A stretch of 64,000 nucleotides of DNA. Origin: Cirrosporium novae-zelandiae (taxonomy: Eukaryota). Below, in pieces: positions 62,601 to 64,000 of the stretch. The DNA lies in assembly GCA_026023565.1 (NCBI GenBank), contig JAPETS010000017.1, forward strand, positions 310,001-374,000. The letters run 5' to 3'. Under the pieces are notes generated by a model. That model was not told where the DNA came from. It made no database searches and was given only the letters and a program-made list of their open reading frames with translations. The position numbers were made by a program, and so were the translations under genes. Every line of letters starts with the position of its first letter. Position 1 is the first letter of the stretch.

Positions 62601-63905
62601 ATGGCTTCTCAGATTCTGTCCCTTCGAGTGCTTCCCGCTCTCTGCATCTTGGCCTGTTCCCTCGGCCGCTCCATCGCAGCAAACACAACGACAACAGCGA
62701 CGTCTGACCTCATTTCAGCAGCTTACACTATCAGTGCCACGACGACTTCATTCTCAAGCACAACCCTCACAGCGACTGGCACAGACGAGAATGTTATTCT
62801 CGTTGAAGAAACCGGTGCTGCATATCTAACCGACGTCACTATCATCAAGACTGGAGACACCACAAGCAGTGACGACAGCTCATTCACGACTTTAAACGCA
62901 GCAATTGGAGTTGAAACCAATGGCACAATTTATATGTACGGGTGCAACATCACTACAGACGGTCTGAGCGCAAATGGCCTCCACACTTACGAGGACGGTG
63001 CATCCGCATATCTCTATGACCTCTACATCTCTGCCACGGGTGACGGCTCCCATGGAATTTATACCGCCGGTGGCTACATATACGCCGAAAATCTCGTCTG
63101 CTCTACGTACGACTCCAAGGGTAGCGCCATCGCAACCGACAAAGGCGGAGGCACTATCGTCGTCGACACCGCCACAGTCCACACGTACGGCACGCAATCT
63201 GCACTCCTCTACTCTACGGGCAACATCACCGTCGCAAACATGACCGGGGCCAGCGCCGTCGCCCCCGCCGCCTGCATCGACGGCTCCAACTCCTTCACCA
63301 TAACCGACTCCACCATCTCTGCGGGCCCCGAACTCCACGGCGTCTTCCAGGTCGTCAGCACCGTCAGCTCCGGAACCGACGACGAAGCATACGTATACGT
63401 AACAGGGGGCTCCGTGGCCGAAACCCGCGGAACCTTCGGCCTCATCTACGTCGGCAACATAAACGCCCACATCTACCTCTCCAGCGTGGAAATCACTATC
63501 ACCTCGGGGATCCTCGCCAACGCCTCCGCAGATTCCGAATACGGAACCTCCGGCGCCAATCAAGGCGTCGCCTACATAACCCTCACAAACGAAAAAAACA
63601 TCACGGGAGACGTATACGTCGACGACATCAGCACCATCTCCCTCTCCCTCCTCTCAACAACAACTTACTCCGGAGCCATCAACCAGGATAATAGCGCGGG
63701 GAACGCGACGTTGTATCTCGATTCCGAGAGCTCGTGGACAGTCACGGGGACTTCGTACCTGCAGGGTTTGGTTGATGAGGATGAGTCTGCGGGGAATATT
63801 TATAGTGGCGGGTTTACGGTTTATTATAATGGGAGTGCCAATGCGTGGTTGGGGAATCGAACGGTTGAGCTCAGTGGAGGGGGGTCGCTGAAGCCGGAAC
63901 CGTGA
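62601..63905 (+). CDS. Intronless secreted acidic Thr/Ser/Gly-rich parallel beta-helix (pectin-lyase/autotransporter-passenger-like) protein
   Basis: 434-aa ORF with signal peptide. ~22-25-aa repeats such as ITTDGLSANGL, ISATGDGSHGI, CSTYDSKGSAI, VHTYGTQSALL. C-terminal LYLDSESSWTVTGTSYL...NIYSGGFTVYY. TATAAA near 62544. Confidence 0.75.
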   Translation: MASQILSLRVLPALCILACSLGRSIAANTTTTATSDLISAAYTISATTTSFSSTTLTATGTDENVILVEETGAAYLTDVTIIKTGDTTSSDDSSFTTLNAAIGVETNGTIYMYGCNITTDGLSANGLHTYEDGASAYLYDLYISATGDGSHGIYTAGGYIYAENLVCSTYDSKGSAIATDKGGGTIVVDTATVHTYGTQSALLYSTGNITVANMTGASAVAPAACIDGSNSFTITDSTISAGPELHGVFQVVSTVSSGTDDEAYVYVTGGSVAETRGTFGLIYVGNINAHIYLSSVEITITSGILANASADSEYGTSGANQGVAYITLTNEKNITGDVYVDDISTISLSLLSTTTYSGAINQDNSAGNATLYLDSESSWTVTGTSYLQGLVDEDESAGNIYSGGFTVYYNGSANAWLGNRTVELSGGGSLKPEP

Positions 63906-64000
63906 AGTGTAGGCGTGGGGTTAGGTTCGGGGGAGTCGGGGGGGCGGGGGGGTTATAGGGTTATAGGGGATTTGAACTGTGAGAGAGGATGGGATGGAGG

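Noticed and set aside
62900..63905. C-rich then G-rich third-codon composition as evidence for HGT; long antisense ORF 62892-63563
   Set aside because: The same C-to-G gradient occurs in native genes here (peroxin, BUD32), and the antisense ORF is a by-product of codon bias.
1..64000. tRNA genes, TPP riboswitch, intact transposons, CRISPR arrays
   Set aside because: None recognised by eye. tRNAscan-SE and Rfam scans would be needed to exclude them formally.

Overview
Gene-dense, intron-rich genomic DNA from a filamentous ascomycete (Pezizomycotina). The left ~44 kb is mostly housekeeping: REX3 (runs off the left edge), a DUF676 lipase, PHB1, QCR8, NHP2, two small hydrophilin-like genes, a YGR210C-like Obg GTPase, a SET methyltransferase, facB/CAT8, MAF1, APS1, GCLM, BUD32, a Pom1-like DYRK kinase, a Pex24/29-type peroxin, BMT6 and RPL22. 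From ~37 kb onward accessory genes appear: a Cys-domain GPI-type wall protein, a stand-alone class I terpene synthase, a dispersed 5S rRNA, a decayed 2OG-Fe(II) dioxygenase pseudogene, a GtaA-like protein, a phytochrome, a GH16 glucanase and an intronless secreted beta-helix protein of bacterial appearance. The most notable items not evident from the ORF track are a cryptic spliced gene for a ligand-less Cu/Zn-SOD-fold protein convergent with the phytochrome, the bacterial-type beta-helix gene (HGT candidate), and several long introns with nested stems (MAF1 with a C/D-box-like core, RPL22, DUF676, SET, QCR8). Gene models were assembled by hand from splice signals. No searches or folding programs were run.
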